A DNA stretch of 64,000 nt from an uncultured delta proteobacterium. Lineage in GTDB: Bacteria > Myxococcota_A > Polyangia > Polyangiales > Polyangiaceae. Made by a program: the position numbers and the translations under genes. The notes under the pieces were generated by a model, which saw only the letters and a program-made list of their open reading frames with translations, made no database searches and was not told the origin of the DNA. The DNA lies in assembly GCA_963841435.1 (NCBI GenBank), contig CAWJCS010000003.1:832001-896000 (forward strand), written 5' to 3'. Position 1 is the stretch's first letter. Each line of letters opens with the position of its first letter. Shown in pieces: positions 31,880 to 43,793 of the stretch.

Positions 31880-33228
31880 GATCCGCTTTCTCGCTCCCCG
31901 CCCGAAACCTCCGTCACGGCGGCGCCGAACGCACCGTCCGCGAGCCTGACCGACACCCTTTCGCCAGGCGCGACCTCCCGGACGCTGCGGAGCGCACGGC
32001 CATCCGGGCTCGACGCAATCGCGTAGCCGCGGCCGAGCACCGCAAGCGGCGACAGGCCGTCGAGGCGTGTCGCCTGATCGGCGAGCCGCGCGCGCTGACG
32101 CTCGAGACCGCGGCGAGCCGCCGCGGACAGGCGTACCTCGAGCGGGCCGAGTGTCACGCGGGCCGCGGCGAGCACGGCCCGCGGGTGGCGTGCCGAGAGG
32201 CGCCGCTCGAGCGCGAGGAGATCGTTCGTCCGCTTGCGGAGGAGCCGCTCGGAGCGACGCCTTAGCGCGTCCGAAAGCTCGTCGAGATCTTGCTGTCGTT
32301 CCAGGACGAGGAAGCGAGGGTCGCGCAAGCGGGCACGCAGGTGCATGAAGCGTTCGCGCTCGAGCTCGAGACGGCCCGAGGTGACACGCATCAACGCGAC
32401 GCGCTGGCGACGCAGAGCCTCGCCGCGGGCTCGCGAGTCCGGGACGACCAGCTCGGCGGCCTGCGAGGGCGTCGCGGCGCGCACGTCCGCGACGAGATCG
32501 GTGAGCGACACGTCAACCTCGTGACCGACGGCGCTCACGATCGGCACCCCGAAAGCCGCCACGCGCCGCACGACACGCTCGTCGTTGAACGCCATGAGAT
32601 CCTCGCCCGACCCGCCACCGCGCCCGACGATCGCCACCTCGAGGCCAGGCAGCCGTTCGAGCAGGTCGAGCGCCAGAACGATGCTCTCCGGTGCGCCGTC
32701 ACCCTGGACGAGCGCGGGGACGAGCACGAGCCGAACGCCGCCGCGACGGAAGGCGACCGTGCGGATGTCGTGAAACGCGGCCCCGTGGGCGCTCGTGACG
32801 ACACCCACGACGCGCGGATCCGATGGCAGCGGTCGTTTGCGCTCCGGGGCGAAAAGCCCTTCGGCTTCGAGGCGGCCCTTGAGCGCTTCGAGTGCCTCGA
32901 GCAGCGCGCCTCGGCCGGCAGGCCTGGCGAAGGTCGCCACGAGCTGGAGGCGACCGCGCGGGGCCCACACCGTCGCGCGGCCCCAGAGCTGGAGGCGGGC
33001 GCCGTCAGCGAGGTGCTTTTGCGCTCGCTGGGCGTCGAACCGATACATCACGCAGTCGATGACCGCCTCCTCTCGCTCGTCCTTGAGAGCGAAGTAGACG
33101 TGGCCGCTTGCAGCCCGCTTTATGGAAGTGACCTCACCCTCGACCCAGTAGTCACCCGTGGCACCTTCGACGGCCTGGCGAAGACGGCGGGCAAGCTCCG
33201 CCACGGAAACAATCGGGGCCCCACTCAT
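31876..33228 (-). CDS. xseA: exodeoxyribonuclease VII large subunit
   Basis: WVEGEV...SGHVYFALKD, RGGGSGEDL.AFNDE, SAVGHEVD, ATPSQAAE, LSPL.VLGRGY. Confidence 0.96.
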   Translation of the reverse strand: MSGAPIVSVAELARRLRQAVEGATGDYWVEGEVTSIKRAASGHVYFALKDEREEAVIDCVMYRFDAQRAQKHLADGARLQLWGRATVWAPRGRLQLVATFARPAGRGALLEALEALKGRLEAEGLFAPERKRPLPSDPRVVGVVTSAHGAAFHDIRTVAFRRGGVRLVLVPALVQGDGAPESIVLALDLLERLPGLEVAIVGRGGGSGEDLMAFNDERVVRRVAAFGVPIVSAVGHEVDVSLTDLVADVRAATPSQAAELVVPDSRARGEALRRQRVALMRVTSGRLELERERFMHLRARLRDPRFLVLERQQDLDELSDALRRRSERLLRKRTNDLLALERRLSARHPRAVLAAARVTLGPLEVRLSAAARRGLERQRARLADQATRLDGLSPLAVLGRGYAIASSPDGRALRSVREVAPGERVSVRLADGAFGAAVTEVSGGERESGS

Positions 33229-33436
33229 CGGCGCGGCGTGAATACCACGGGCCTCGCGCCGGGTGCGCATCGGTGGGACAGGCGAGGGAATTCGCTCGTA
33301 AGCATCGGAAATATTTGCACTTCAAACCGAGGCGGCCCCGGCCTGTCACGGGACGCTCCTGATCGTATTCCCCACTCTCCCGCGTTTCGGGGCGAGGGGC
33401 CGCTAGCGGGAAGACTGGCAGAGTAGGGTCAGCTGG

Positions 33437-34918
33437 TTGTTCAAAAAGATCCTGATCGCCAACCGCGGGGAGATTGCCATCCGCATCGCCCGCACGCTGC
33501 GCGAGCTCGGCGTCGCGTCGGTCGCCGTCTACCCCGACGCCGACCGCGGCGCGCTCCACCTCCGCTTCGCCGACGAGGCGGTCGAGCTCGGCGCCGATCC
33601 CCGCGCCTACCTCGACCCCGAGCGCATTCTCGACGCGGCGCGCGAGGCCGGCGCCGACGCGCTGCACCCGGGGTACGGCTTCCTCTCCGAGAATGCGGAC
33701 TTCGCCGAGGCGTGTGCCGCTCGCGGCATCACGTTCATCGGGCCGTCCGCGGCTGCCGTGCGCGCGATGGGCTCGAAACAGAGAGCGCGGGCGGCGATGA
33801 CGGCGGCGGGCGTCCCCGTCGTTCCCGGCGGTGGCGCGGCATCGCTCGACGAGGCGCGCGCCACGGCGAGCCGCGTCGGCTACCCGGTGATGATCAAGGC
33901 CGCCGACGGCGGCGGCGGGCGCGGCATGCGCCTCGTGGAGAGCGAGGCGGAGCTCTCCGGCGCGCTCGACCGCACGCAGAGCGAGGCCCGGAACGCGTTC
34001 GGCAGCGCCGACGTGTACATCGAGCGCGCCCTGTTCGGGGCACGCCACGTCGAGGTGCAGGTGCTCGGCGACCGGCACGGCAACGTCGTGGCGCTCGGCG
34101 ATCGCGACTGCTCGCTGCAGCGACGGCATCAGAAGATCCTCGAGGAGGCGCCCTGCCCCGTGCTGTCACCGTCGACGCGCGACGCCTTGCTCGACGTTGC
34201 GTTGAAGGGCGCGCGGGCGCTCGCCTACGACTCGGCCGGAACGTTCGAGTTTTTGCTCGACGCGAGCGGCGCCTTCTATTTCCTCGAGATGAACACGCGC
34301 CTGCAGGTGGAGCACACCGTGACCGAGCTCGTCACGGGCGTGGACCTCGTGCGCGAGATGGTGCGTGTCGCCGCGGGCGAGGCGGTTTCGACGCCGCCAG
34401 CGCCGAACGGCGCCGCCATCGAGGTTCGGTTGTGCGCCGAGGATCCGGCGCGCGGCTTCGTACCGAGCCCGGGTCGCGTAGAGCGCCTGCGCGCACCCGA
34501 GGGCCCGGGGATCCGGCACGACGCGGGCGTGGCCGACGGGGTGCCGGTCACGGGCGACTACGACTCGTTGCTCGCCAAGCTGTGCGTCTGGGCGCCCGAT
34601 CGCGAACGGGCTATCAAACGGCTCAGCCGCGCGCTCGACGAGTACCTGATCGTCGGTCCGACGACGAACCTCGGTTTCCTGACGAGGCTCGTGCGGCACC
34701 CGGCCGTGGCGAGCGCTGGATACGACATCGATTTCGTCGAGCAGCACGTCGCCGAGCTCGTCGCTCCCGCCATGCCCGACGCGAAGGAGCTCGAAACGCT
34801 CGGGGCGGCAGCCGCGGCGGCTGCCGCTCACGCGGCTCCGAAGCTTGCACTCACCGAGCAGGATGGCCCTTCGCCCTGGGTGCTCGCCGAGCGCGGCGCA
34901 CGAGCGTTTCCCCGCTAG
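33437..34918 (+). CDS. biotin carboxylase subunit of an acyl-CoA carboxylase
   Basis: ILIANRGEIA, HPGYGFLSEN, GGGGRGM, RDCSLQRRHQK, FLEMNTRLQVEH, YDSLLAKL; no fused biotin carrier. Confidence 0.95.
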   Translation: MFKKILIANRGEIAIRIARTLRELGVASVAVYPDADRGALHLRFADEAVELGADPRAYLDPERILDAAREAGADALHPGYGFLSENADFAEACAARGITFIGPSAAAVRAMGSKQRARAAMTAAGVPVVPGGGAASLDEARATASRVGYPVMIKAADGGGGRGMRLVESEAELSGALDRTQSEARNAFGSADVYIERALFGARHVEVQVLGDRHGNVVALGDRDCSLQRRHQKILEEAPCPVLSPSTRDALLDVALKGARALAYDSAGTFEFLLDASGAFYFLEMNTRLQVEHTVTELVTGVDLVREMVRVAAGEAVSTPPAPNGAAIEVRLCAEDPARGFVPSPGRVERLRAPEGPGIRHDAGVADGVPVTGDYDSLLAKLCVWAPDRERAIKRLSRALDEYLIVGPTTNLGFLTRLVRHPAVASAGYDIDFVEQHVAELVAPAMPDAKELETLGAAAAAAAAHAAPKLALTEQDGPSPWVLAERGARAFPR

Positions 34919-36003
34919 ATCTTCCGGAACTCCTCGACGAACTCCCAGTCGGCGATCAGGTGCTTCTTGAGGAGCAGCTCGAGCAGGGCGGCGAACAGCG
35001 GCTCCCAGCGCGCCTTGTCACCGAGGATCTCGCTCGCGTCGGCGCCGTGCGACACGGCGCGCAGCGCCGCGACCAAGTCGCGCGCCGTGAGCTGACCGGC
35101 CACCTCCTCACTCTCGCGCACGGGGCCGCGGGGCGCAGCATTGCGGCCCGGCGGGCCCGAGCCACGGGCGGGGAGGTTGACCTTGGTTCCGTCGAGCAGC
35201 GTCAACGTCACCATGCGACGACCCTTGCGGCGAGGCGGCGCGGGCATCGAGACTTCGCGGGCCTCGATCGTGGGCGAATCGGAAGTAGGGCCGGAATCCG
35301 GCGCCTTCGGTGGGACCGAGGCCGCTGGGGCGGGGGGAGCCGTGGCGGGCCGGGGCGACGGGGACGCTTCGGTGCGAGGCACCACGTCGTTGGGATCGAC
35401 CGAGACGGGCGTCGGCGTGATGGCCGTCGGATCGGGGCGAGGTTCCGCAATGGTTTCGGGCTCACGCGCCGGGGCGGGCTCGGCTGCCGGGGCTGCGGGC
35501 GGTGGAGCATCGGGCACCGCTCTGGATTCGGGCTCGGCCTCGGACGGCGGCGGAGCACTGCCCCCGTAGTAGGCGCGGATGGCGGCGCGGATGTCCGAGG
35601 GCGGTGCGATCATCGTTCGCACGGGCAGCCCCGAGGCCTCGGCGACGGCGGCCTGGGCGACCTCGTCCGTCGGATCCTCCATCGCAACGTAGAGCGTTTC
35701 CCCCTGGCCGCGCACGCGCCGCACGAAGATCGGAACGAGGCAATGCTTCTCGGCGAGCTCTTCGGGGACGAGGTCGAGCAGCTGGCGCGAGAAATCGATG
35801 TGGTAGAGCGACACCCAAGGGACCGAAAGCTGCTGGCTCAGGATCTGCGTAACCTGCGTTTCGGTGACGAGCCCGTGCTCGACGAGAAGCAGACCAAGAC
35901 GCCGACCGTCTCGCTTTTGGACATCGAGCATTTCGTCGAGCTGCGCCCGGCTGAGGATGCTGGCACTGACAAGGAGCTCTCCTAGACGCACACGACCCGC
36001 CAT
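34915..36003 (-). CDS. stand-alone MshEN / T2SSE_N domain protein (no ATPase)
   Basis: Tandem RLGELLVSASILSRAQLDEMLDVQ and RLGLLLVEHGLVTETQVTQILSQQ, LYVAMEDP, Pro-rich linker, short C-terminal domain. Confidence 0.85.
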   Translation of the reverse strand: MAGRVRLGELLVSASILSRAQLDEMLDVQKRDGRRLGLLLVEHGLVTETQVTQILSQQLSVPWVSLYHIDFSRQLLDLVPEELAEKHCLVPIFVRRVRGQGETLYVAMEDPTDEVAQAAVAEASGLPVRTMIAPPSDIRAAIRAYYGGSAPPPSEAEPESRAVPDAPPPAAPAAEPAPAREPETIAEPRPDPTAITPTPVSVDPNDVVPRTEASPSPRPATAPPAPAASVPPKAPDSGPTSDSPTIEAREVSMPAPPRRKGRRMVTLTLLDGTKVNLPARGSGPPGRNAAPRGPVRESEEVAGQLTARDLVAALRAVSHGADASEILGDKARWEPLFAALLELLLKKHLIADWEFVEEFRKI

Positions 36004-36126
36004 GACTCCCATAAATCTACTGCATTTCTGTGCCCCCTGGTTTGCGCGCCGGAGGGCCTCTAGAATGCATTCGAGACTGGCCGAGGTAGGTCCTGCACCC
36101 ACCCCCCGGGCCGGACGGCTGACACC

Positions 36127-38808
<2,682 letters not shown>

Positions 38809-38809
38809 G

Positions 38810-39857
38810 CTACTCGGGCGCCTTGCCGGTGCTCTCGCGCACGACGAGCGTCATCGGGTACTGGTGGACGCTGCCCGCGCTTGCCTTGGCTTCCACCGAG
38901 CGGAGCACGAAGTGGCAGGCCGCTTCGCCCATCTCGCGCATTTCCTGACGCACGGTGGTCAGCCCCGGAAAGTACATACTGGCCGACGGGATGTCGTCGA
39001 AGCCGATGACCGAGAACGTCCTTCGGAATGCGCACGTCGTGCGATTGCAGGGTGCGCATGAAGCCGATCGCCATGGCGTCGTTGCCGAGCACGACGCCGG
39101 TCGGCGCGCGCGAGCGCGGCGTCTTGAGCCACTTCTCGGCGTACTCCACGCCGCACTCGACGTGGTAGCGGAGAAAGCTCACGTTGCTTTCCGGGACCTT
39201 CACGCCATGTGCGCCGAGCGCTTTCGAAAGCCCCTCGAGGCGGCTCACGCTGTCGATCGAGTGACGCCAGGTGTTCTCGCCCGTGCGCGCCTGGCCGCCG
39301 ACGAAGGCGACGCGGCGGTGTCCGAGAGCCGCCAGATGCTCGCCCACCGAACGTCCGGCCCCGACATTGTCGCCGCGCAGCACGTGAACACCCGTGAACT
39401 CGTCGTCCGGTGCGATCAGCGCCACGGCGAGCCCCGCACGACGCGACATCTCGACGAGCCGCCGCTCGTGCTGACCGGCGCGCGTGAAGATGAGCCCGTC
39501 AACGCGCCGCTCGCGGATCCACGAAGTGACGGTCGCCGCGTCGTAGCGCTCGCGCACGACGAGGCTCCCGACGAGCAGCGAAATGTGCTTCAACGTGAGC
39601 TCCGCCTCGATGCCGCCGAGGATCTGCGCGATCCACTGCCCTTGCGTGTCCTCGATGACGAGGCCGATACAGCCTGCTCGCCCCAGCGAAAAGTTTCGCG
39701 CCGTGCTCCAGGGCGTGTAGCCGAGCTTCTGGATCACCTTGCCGACGCGGGCTCGCACTTCGGGGCTCGCGTAGCCGCCATTGATGACCCGAGATACGGT
39801 GCTCTTCGAGACGCGCGCATGCCGCGCCACCTCCGCGATATCCGGCCGTCGGCTCAT
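38810..39857 (-). CDS. LacI-family transcriptional regulator (+1 frameshift near 39015)
   Basis: IAEVARHARVSKSTVSRVIN HTH; removing one T in GACGTTCTCG restores DVSVIGFDDIP...PGLTTVRQ...LVVRESTG ending TAG at 38810. Confidence 0.88.
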
Positions 39858-39970
39858 CAGGGTCTGGTGGGGACCCTACACCAGAGGCGCGCACGCTAGC
39901 CTGAAAAATCCTGCACCGGGTACTCCCACGCTCCGCACTCACCCGCTCGGGCGGCAACGGACACCCGCGC

Positions 39971-40651
39971 TCAGGGGCCGAGCAAGGCCAGCAGGCCCGG
40001 ATAGTCCGCGTCCTCGATGGCGCCGCGGACCTTGCAGCGGACCCTACCCTTTCCGTCCACGATGATGTGGGCCGGGAGGTCCGGATCCGGATCGACGCCC
40101 GCGCCGAGCAGCCAGTCCTCGCGCTCGTGCCCCTCGCGCAGCCAGTACGTCGCGCGTAGCCCACCGGCCCCCTGATCCGTCAGGAATTTTTCGAGCTGAC
40201 GCTCGTCGTCGTCGAGCGAGACGAAGACCACGTGAAAGTCCTTTCCCGCGGCCTTGAGCCGAGACTCGAACGACAAGAGCCGAGGGATCTCCTCCTTGCA
40301 GGGGACGCACCAGGCCGCCCAGAAATTCACCCAGGTGAAGCCCGACCCGAAGCTCGGCTCGGCGGGCAGCTCGGGCACGCCGGTCGCGGCGCGGCGACCG
40401 ATGCTCTTCTTCGACAACGGGCGCCCCTCCCGCTCGAGTGCCCCACCGCAAAGCGGTGCGCGCGGTTTGGCCGGCGGCGCGGGCGCCGCGCTCGTGGCCG
40501 CGGCAACTGGAGACGCCGCCGCCGCCGGACTCTCGATGACCTGGCTGCGCTCGGCCGGCGCGAGCGACGCGTGCTTGCTCTCCTCGTTGCAGCCGGCCGC
40601 GGCGAGTGCGAGCACCAGCGCGAACGAAACGGCGGCGCGCGCGGGCGTCAC
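39971..40651 (-). CDS. TlpA/ResA-like thioredoxin lipoprotein
   Basis: Lipobox AAAGC; VNFWAAWCVPCKEEIP, VFVSLD, LPAH; GTGA overlap with the upstream gene. Confidence 0.88.
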   Translation of the reverse strand: MTPARAAVSFALVLALAAAGCNEESKHASLAPAERSQVIESPAAAASPVAAATSAAPAPPAKPRAPLCGGALEREGRPLSKKSIGRRAATGVPELPAEPSFGSGFTWVNFWAAWCVPCKEEIPRLLSFESRLKAAGKDFHVVFVSLDDDERQLEKFLTDQGAGGLRATYWLREGHEREDWLLGAGVDPDPDLPAHIIVDGKGRVRCKVRGAIEDADYPGLLALLGP

Positions 40652-41382
40652 AGCCGGCAATCCACCCACGAAACGAAGGCGCTGCGGTTGATGGTCTCCT
40701 CGTCGCACTTTTCGTCGGGGCGCGACGTCGGCCAGCCGCAGTACTCCTTCGAAAGCTGCGCAAACTCGTTGCCGAGCCAGAGCAAGCCCACCTTCTTGTC
40801 GATCTCGGGATCGTTGGCGATGCTCGTGAGGTGGTACATGACGGAATTCGCGCGCCGGTGCGACAACGCCCGATTCTTTGCCTGCGTGCCGGTCTTCGAA
40901 GCGCGGGCCACGACGAAGAAGTAGCGCGCACCTTTGCGCTGGAACCACTTGTCCTCGAGCATCTTCTTCGAGCTGTCGTCGAGATCTTGCATGCCTTCGT
41001 CGAACAGGATCACCGCGCCGCGCGACTTGAGCGGCGTGAACAGCTCGTTGAAATCCTCGTCGCTGATCGAAGCGAACGTCTTCACGTCGGCCGGCTTGCA
41101 GCCGCGCCGCGTTTCGTCTTGCGCGAGACCACAGGAATGCAGCACGCGCTCGAGCACTTCCTTGAAGCGCGGCGTGCAGTAGCCGACCTCCGCCTGATTC
41201 GCGATCGCGACCTTGGGCTTGTCGGCGTCGGGATGCTCGAGGCGTTCGGCGGCCGACGAGACCCAGAGCCGGACCGCGATGGCAGCGCTCACCGACAACA
41301 GCACGACGCCCGTCGCGCCGAGCCAGCCGGCCATGCCGCCGCCCGGCGCGGGGGGCGTCGGCTGCGCGTCCGCGACCGTCAC
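40648..41382 (-). CDS. membrane-anchored Cys-rich protein with OmpA-like C-terminal domain
   Basis: N-terminal TM; ILFDEG..DLD, VVARASKTG...NRALSHRRANSV, NR.A; 6 Cys. Confidence 0.65.
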   Translation of the reverse strand: MTVADAQPTPPAPGGGMAGWLGATGVVLLSVSAAIAVRLWVSSAAERLEHPDADKPKVAIANQAEVGYCTPRFKEVLERVLHSCGLAQDETRRGCKPADVKTFASISDEDFNELFTPLKSRGAVILFDEGMQDLDDSSKKMLEDKWFQRKGARYFFVVARASKTGTQAKNRALSHRRANSVMYHLTSIANDPEIDKKVGLLWLGNEFAQLSKEYCGWPTSRPDEKCDEETINRSAFVSWVDCRL

Positions 41383-42572
41383 TTGAGCACCTCCGGCGCG
41401 AGCTCAGAGAGCGCGAAGCGCAGGCCGATATCGGTGTCCTCGTCGCACACGCGTTGCGTGCCGAGGTACATCTGGGGCGTCGAGACGGGGATCGAATTGT
41501 CGGAGGCGAAGTGCAAGTGTTGGTTCAAGAGCACGTCGGTCCTGCGATCGTCGACGCACGTGAGAAGGTCGTTGCCCCAGCGCTGCTTGATGGCGGCGCG
41601 CAACACGTTGGCGCCCGCCTTGCCGGCCCGCGCGAGGTAGATCTGCTCCTCGTAGGCCCACTCGAGCACCTGCCGGGCGCGATCCTTACCGCACAAGACG
41701 GCCTTCGACACGATGCAGGCGCCCGGGTGCAGCGGTGTTTCGAGCATCCAGTTGCACTCGCTATCGAGTGGGAAGAGCACGAGGCTCACGTCGAGACGCT
41801 CGAATACGCCCTCGCCGAGCAACCGTTCGTGGAAGGCTCGGCAGGTAGGGCAGAGAGGATCCTCGAAGAACGTCACGGGGCGGATGGCGCGACTGCCGTG
41901 GATGAGGACCGGCTCGCCCGTGCTCATCTTGGGCTGCTTGAGGGTGCCGCACTTGGTGAGGTAGGGGCGTTCGTCGGGAACGCTCGCGGCGTAAACGGCG
42001 GCGGGCACGAGCGTCGTGACGCCGAGCGCGGCCAGCCAGGCGACGGGAAACAGCGCGCTCAGCAGCGGGCGCATACCGCCGCGCAGCGTCGCGAGACCGA
42101 GCAATCCGCCCGAGGCGAGAAGAAACGACGACACGTAGATGCCGACGCACGTCTTACAGAGATGCCCGAGCTTGGTGACGCTGATGGTGAGCATCACGAG
42201 CGAGACGATGAGCGGCGTCACGCCGACGCTCGCGAAGAACACCACGGCCCGGCGTGGCGCCTTCTCGCCCGCCAGCAGCAGATACAGCGAAAAACCGGCA
42301 AAAAACGTGAAGGCACCGAGGGCAAACAGCGCGATCGGCACGCCTCCCCACATGGACTCGCGAAACAGCGCGGAATAGGCGCTGTACATCGCCGCCCGGC
42401 ACGCCTCGGCCTCGGACGTGGGCGGCGCGCCCGGGATCAGGCTGCAATGCACGTCATGCAGGCCTCGATCGAGGTGCTCCGCGTAGTCGAGCGTGGAATA
42501 CGAGGCAAACAGCAGGCCGAACCCGGAGCCCACGAGCGCGAGCAATGCCGGGAGCTTGGAATTCGGCTGCAT
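41379..42572 (-). CDS. vitamin K epoxide reductase (VKOR)-DsbA/thioredoxin fusion
   Basis: VKOR loop HCS...EACRAAMYSAYS, GVPIA, CKTC; DsbA-like EDPLCPTCRAFH and cis-Pro VSTP. Confidence 0.88.
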   Translation of the reverse strand: MQPNSKLPALLALVGSGFGLLFASYSTLDYAEHLDRGLHDVHCSLIPGAPPTSEAEACRAAMYSAYSALFRESMWGGVPIALFALGAFTFFAGFSLYLLLAGEKAPRRAVVFFASVGVTPLIVSLVMLTISVTKLGHLCKTCVGIYVSSFLLASGGLLGLATLRGGMRPLLSALFPVAWLAALGVTTLVPAAVYAASVPDERPYLTKCGTLKQPKMSTGEPVLIHGSRAIRPVTFFEDPLCPTCRAFHERLLGEGVFERLDVSLVLFPLDSECNWMLETPLHPGACIVSKAVLCGKDRARQVLEWAYEEQIYLARAGKAGANVLRAAIKQRWGNDLLTCVDDRRTDVLLNQHLHFASDNSIPVSTPQMYLGTQRVCDEDTDIGLRFALSELAPEVLK

Positions 42573-42580
42573 CGGCAGGC

Positions 42581-42609
42581 AGGGTTGCAACGCACCGGGC
42601 GTCGGTCAA
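42581..42609 (-). promoter_or_regulatory. sigma70-like leaderless promoter of the VKOR operon (TTGACC-N17-AACCCT)
   Basis: Extended -10 TG; ATG 8 nt downstream. Confidence 0.5.
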
Positions 42610-42674
42610 GGAGATTTAGTGGCTCGGGCGCCTGCGCGGCCCTGCCCGCACGCGCCGCGGCGCGCCGTCGTCGT

Positions 42675-43793
42675 TCAGTTCTTCTTGCCGCCCGACGTGC
42701 TCGCCGCAAGCCACCGTTGTGCCTCCGCCCGGCCGGGGTGCTTATCGGGTGCTTCGGCGAGGAAGCGCCGATAGAGCTTGTCGGCGTCGGCGGGACGTTT
42801 GAGGTAGTCGGCGTACAAGATCGCAAGATTCAAGGTGGCCGAGAGGTTTTTCGGCTCCCGCTCGAGCACCCCCGAGAGAAGCCGCTCCGATTCGCTGTAG
42901 GCAGCCACGTCGTCGCGCTTGGCGCGCCCGCGGATCGCGGCCGCGAGCGCGAGCGCGGCGGAGATATTGTCGGGCTCGGCGTCAACGACGGGTTTCAGCT
43001 CCTTGACGGCGCGGTCGTAGACACCGGCCTGGAGCAGCACGACGCCCGTGTTCAGGCGCGCCGTCGTGTCGTTCTGGTCGAGCTCACTGGCGCGCTGGAA
43101 GTGGCGAAACGCCACGGCGTCGTCGCCGCGCTTGAGCGCGATGAGCCCGGCCGTGCGCGCCGCCACGGCGCTGTCGGGCGCCGCCTTGAGGGCTTCCTTG
43201 CTGAGCAGCTCGGCCGTGTCCACCTCGCCGCGCTCGAGCTGCGCGAGGGCGAGCTCGGAGAGCGCGTAGGGATCGTTGGCATGGCGCACGAGCGCGGCCT
43301 GGGCCTCCTGGATCGCTCGGTCCACGTTGCCCCCCTCGCGTAGCGCCGAAACGAGCACGGTGCGCGCGAGACCAGCGTCCGGGTTCTGCTTCACGAACTC
43401 GCCGAGCACGCTCGTCGCGCCCGAATAGTCCCCGAGGCGCCGCCGAACTTCGCCGAGCGCCACCGCGACGTCCTCGGCGTTCGGCGCGAGCTTGTACGCT
43501 TCATTGAGCTGCTTTTCGGCGGCGACGAGGTCGCCCGTTTGGGCAAGCAGCACCCCGAGGTTGTAGCGCCCCTCCCACAGGTGCCCGTCGGCGCGCACCG
43601 CCTCCTCCAAGAGGCCGATGGCCGCCTTGCGTCCTTCGCGATCCTTCGAAGCGTCAACGCCCTGCGCGAGCTTCGACACGGCCACGGGGTTCGCGGGAGG
43701 CAGCGCCTGGACGGTGGTCGTCGCCTTGTGCGCGCCGCACCCCGCGAGCACGAGCACGGCGGCGAGGAGCCGCAGCACGGACGCGCGCTTCAT
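42675..43793 (-). CDS. TPR lipoprotein, GltE/NfsE-like
   Basis: Lipobox LAGC; multiple TPRs (YNLGVLL, NTGVVLL, LNLAILY); coupled (ATGA) to the upstream GltD-like gene. Confidence 0.75.
   Translation of the reverse strand: MKRASVLRLLAAVLVLAGCGAHKATTTVQALPPANPVAVSKLAQGVDASKDREGRKAAIGLLEEAVRADGHLWEGRYNLGVLLAQTGDLVAAEKQLNEAYKLAPNAEDVAVALGEVRRRLGDYSGATSVLGEFVKQNPDAGLARTVLVSALREGGNVDRAIQEAQAALVRHANDPYALSELALAQLERGEVDTAELLSKEALKAAPDSAVAARTAGLIALKRGDDAVAFRHFQRASELDQNDTTARLNTGVVLLQAGVYDRAVKELKPVVDAEPDNISAALALAAAIRGRAKRDDVAAYSESERLLSGVLEREPKNLSATLNLAILYADYLKRPADADKLYRRFLAEAPDKHPGRAEAQRWLAASTSGGKKN

Noticed and set aside
33437..34918. Biotin carboxylase without adjacent carrier or carboxyltransferase genes
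   Set aside because: Dispersed acyl-CoA carboxylase subunits are common; not unusual
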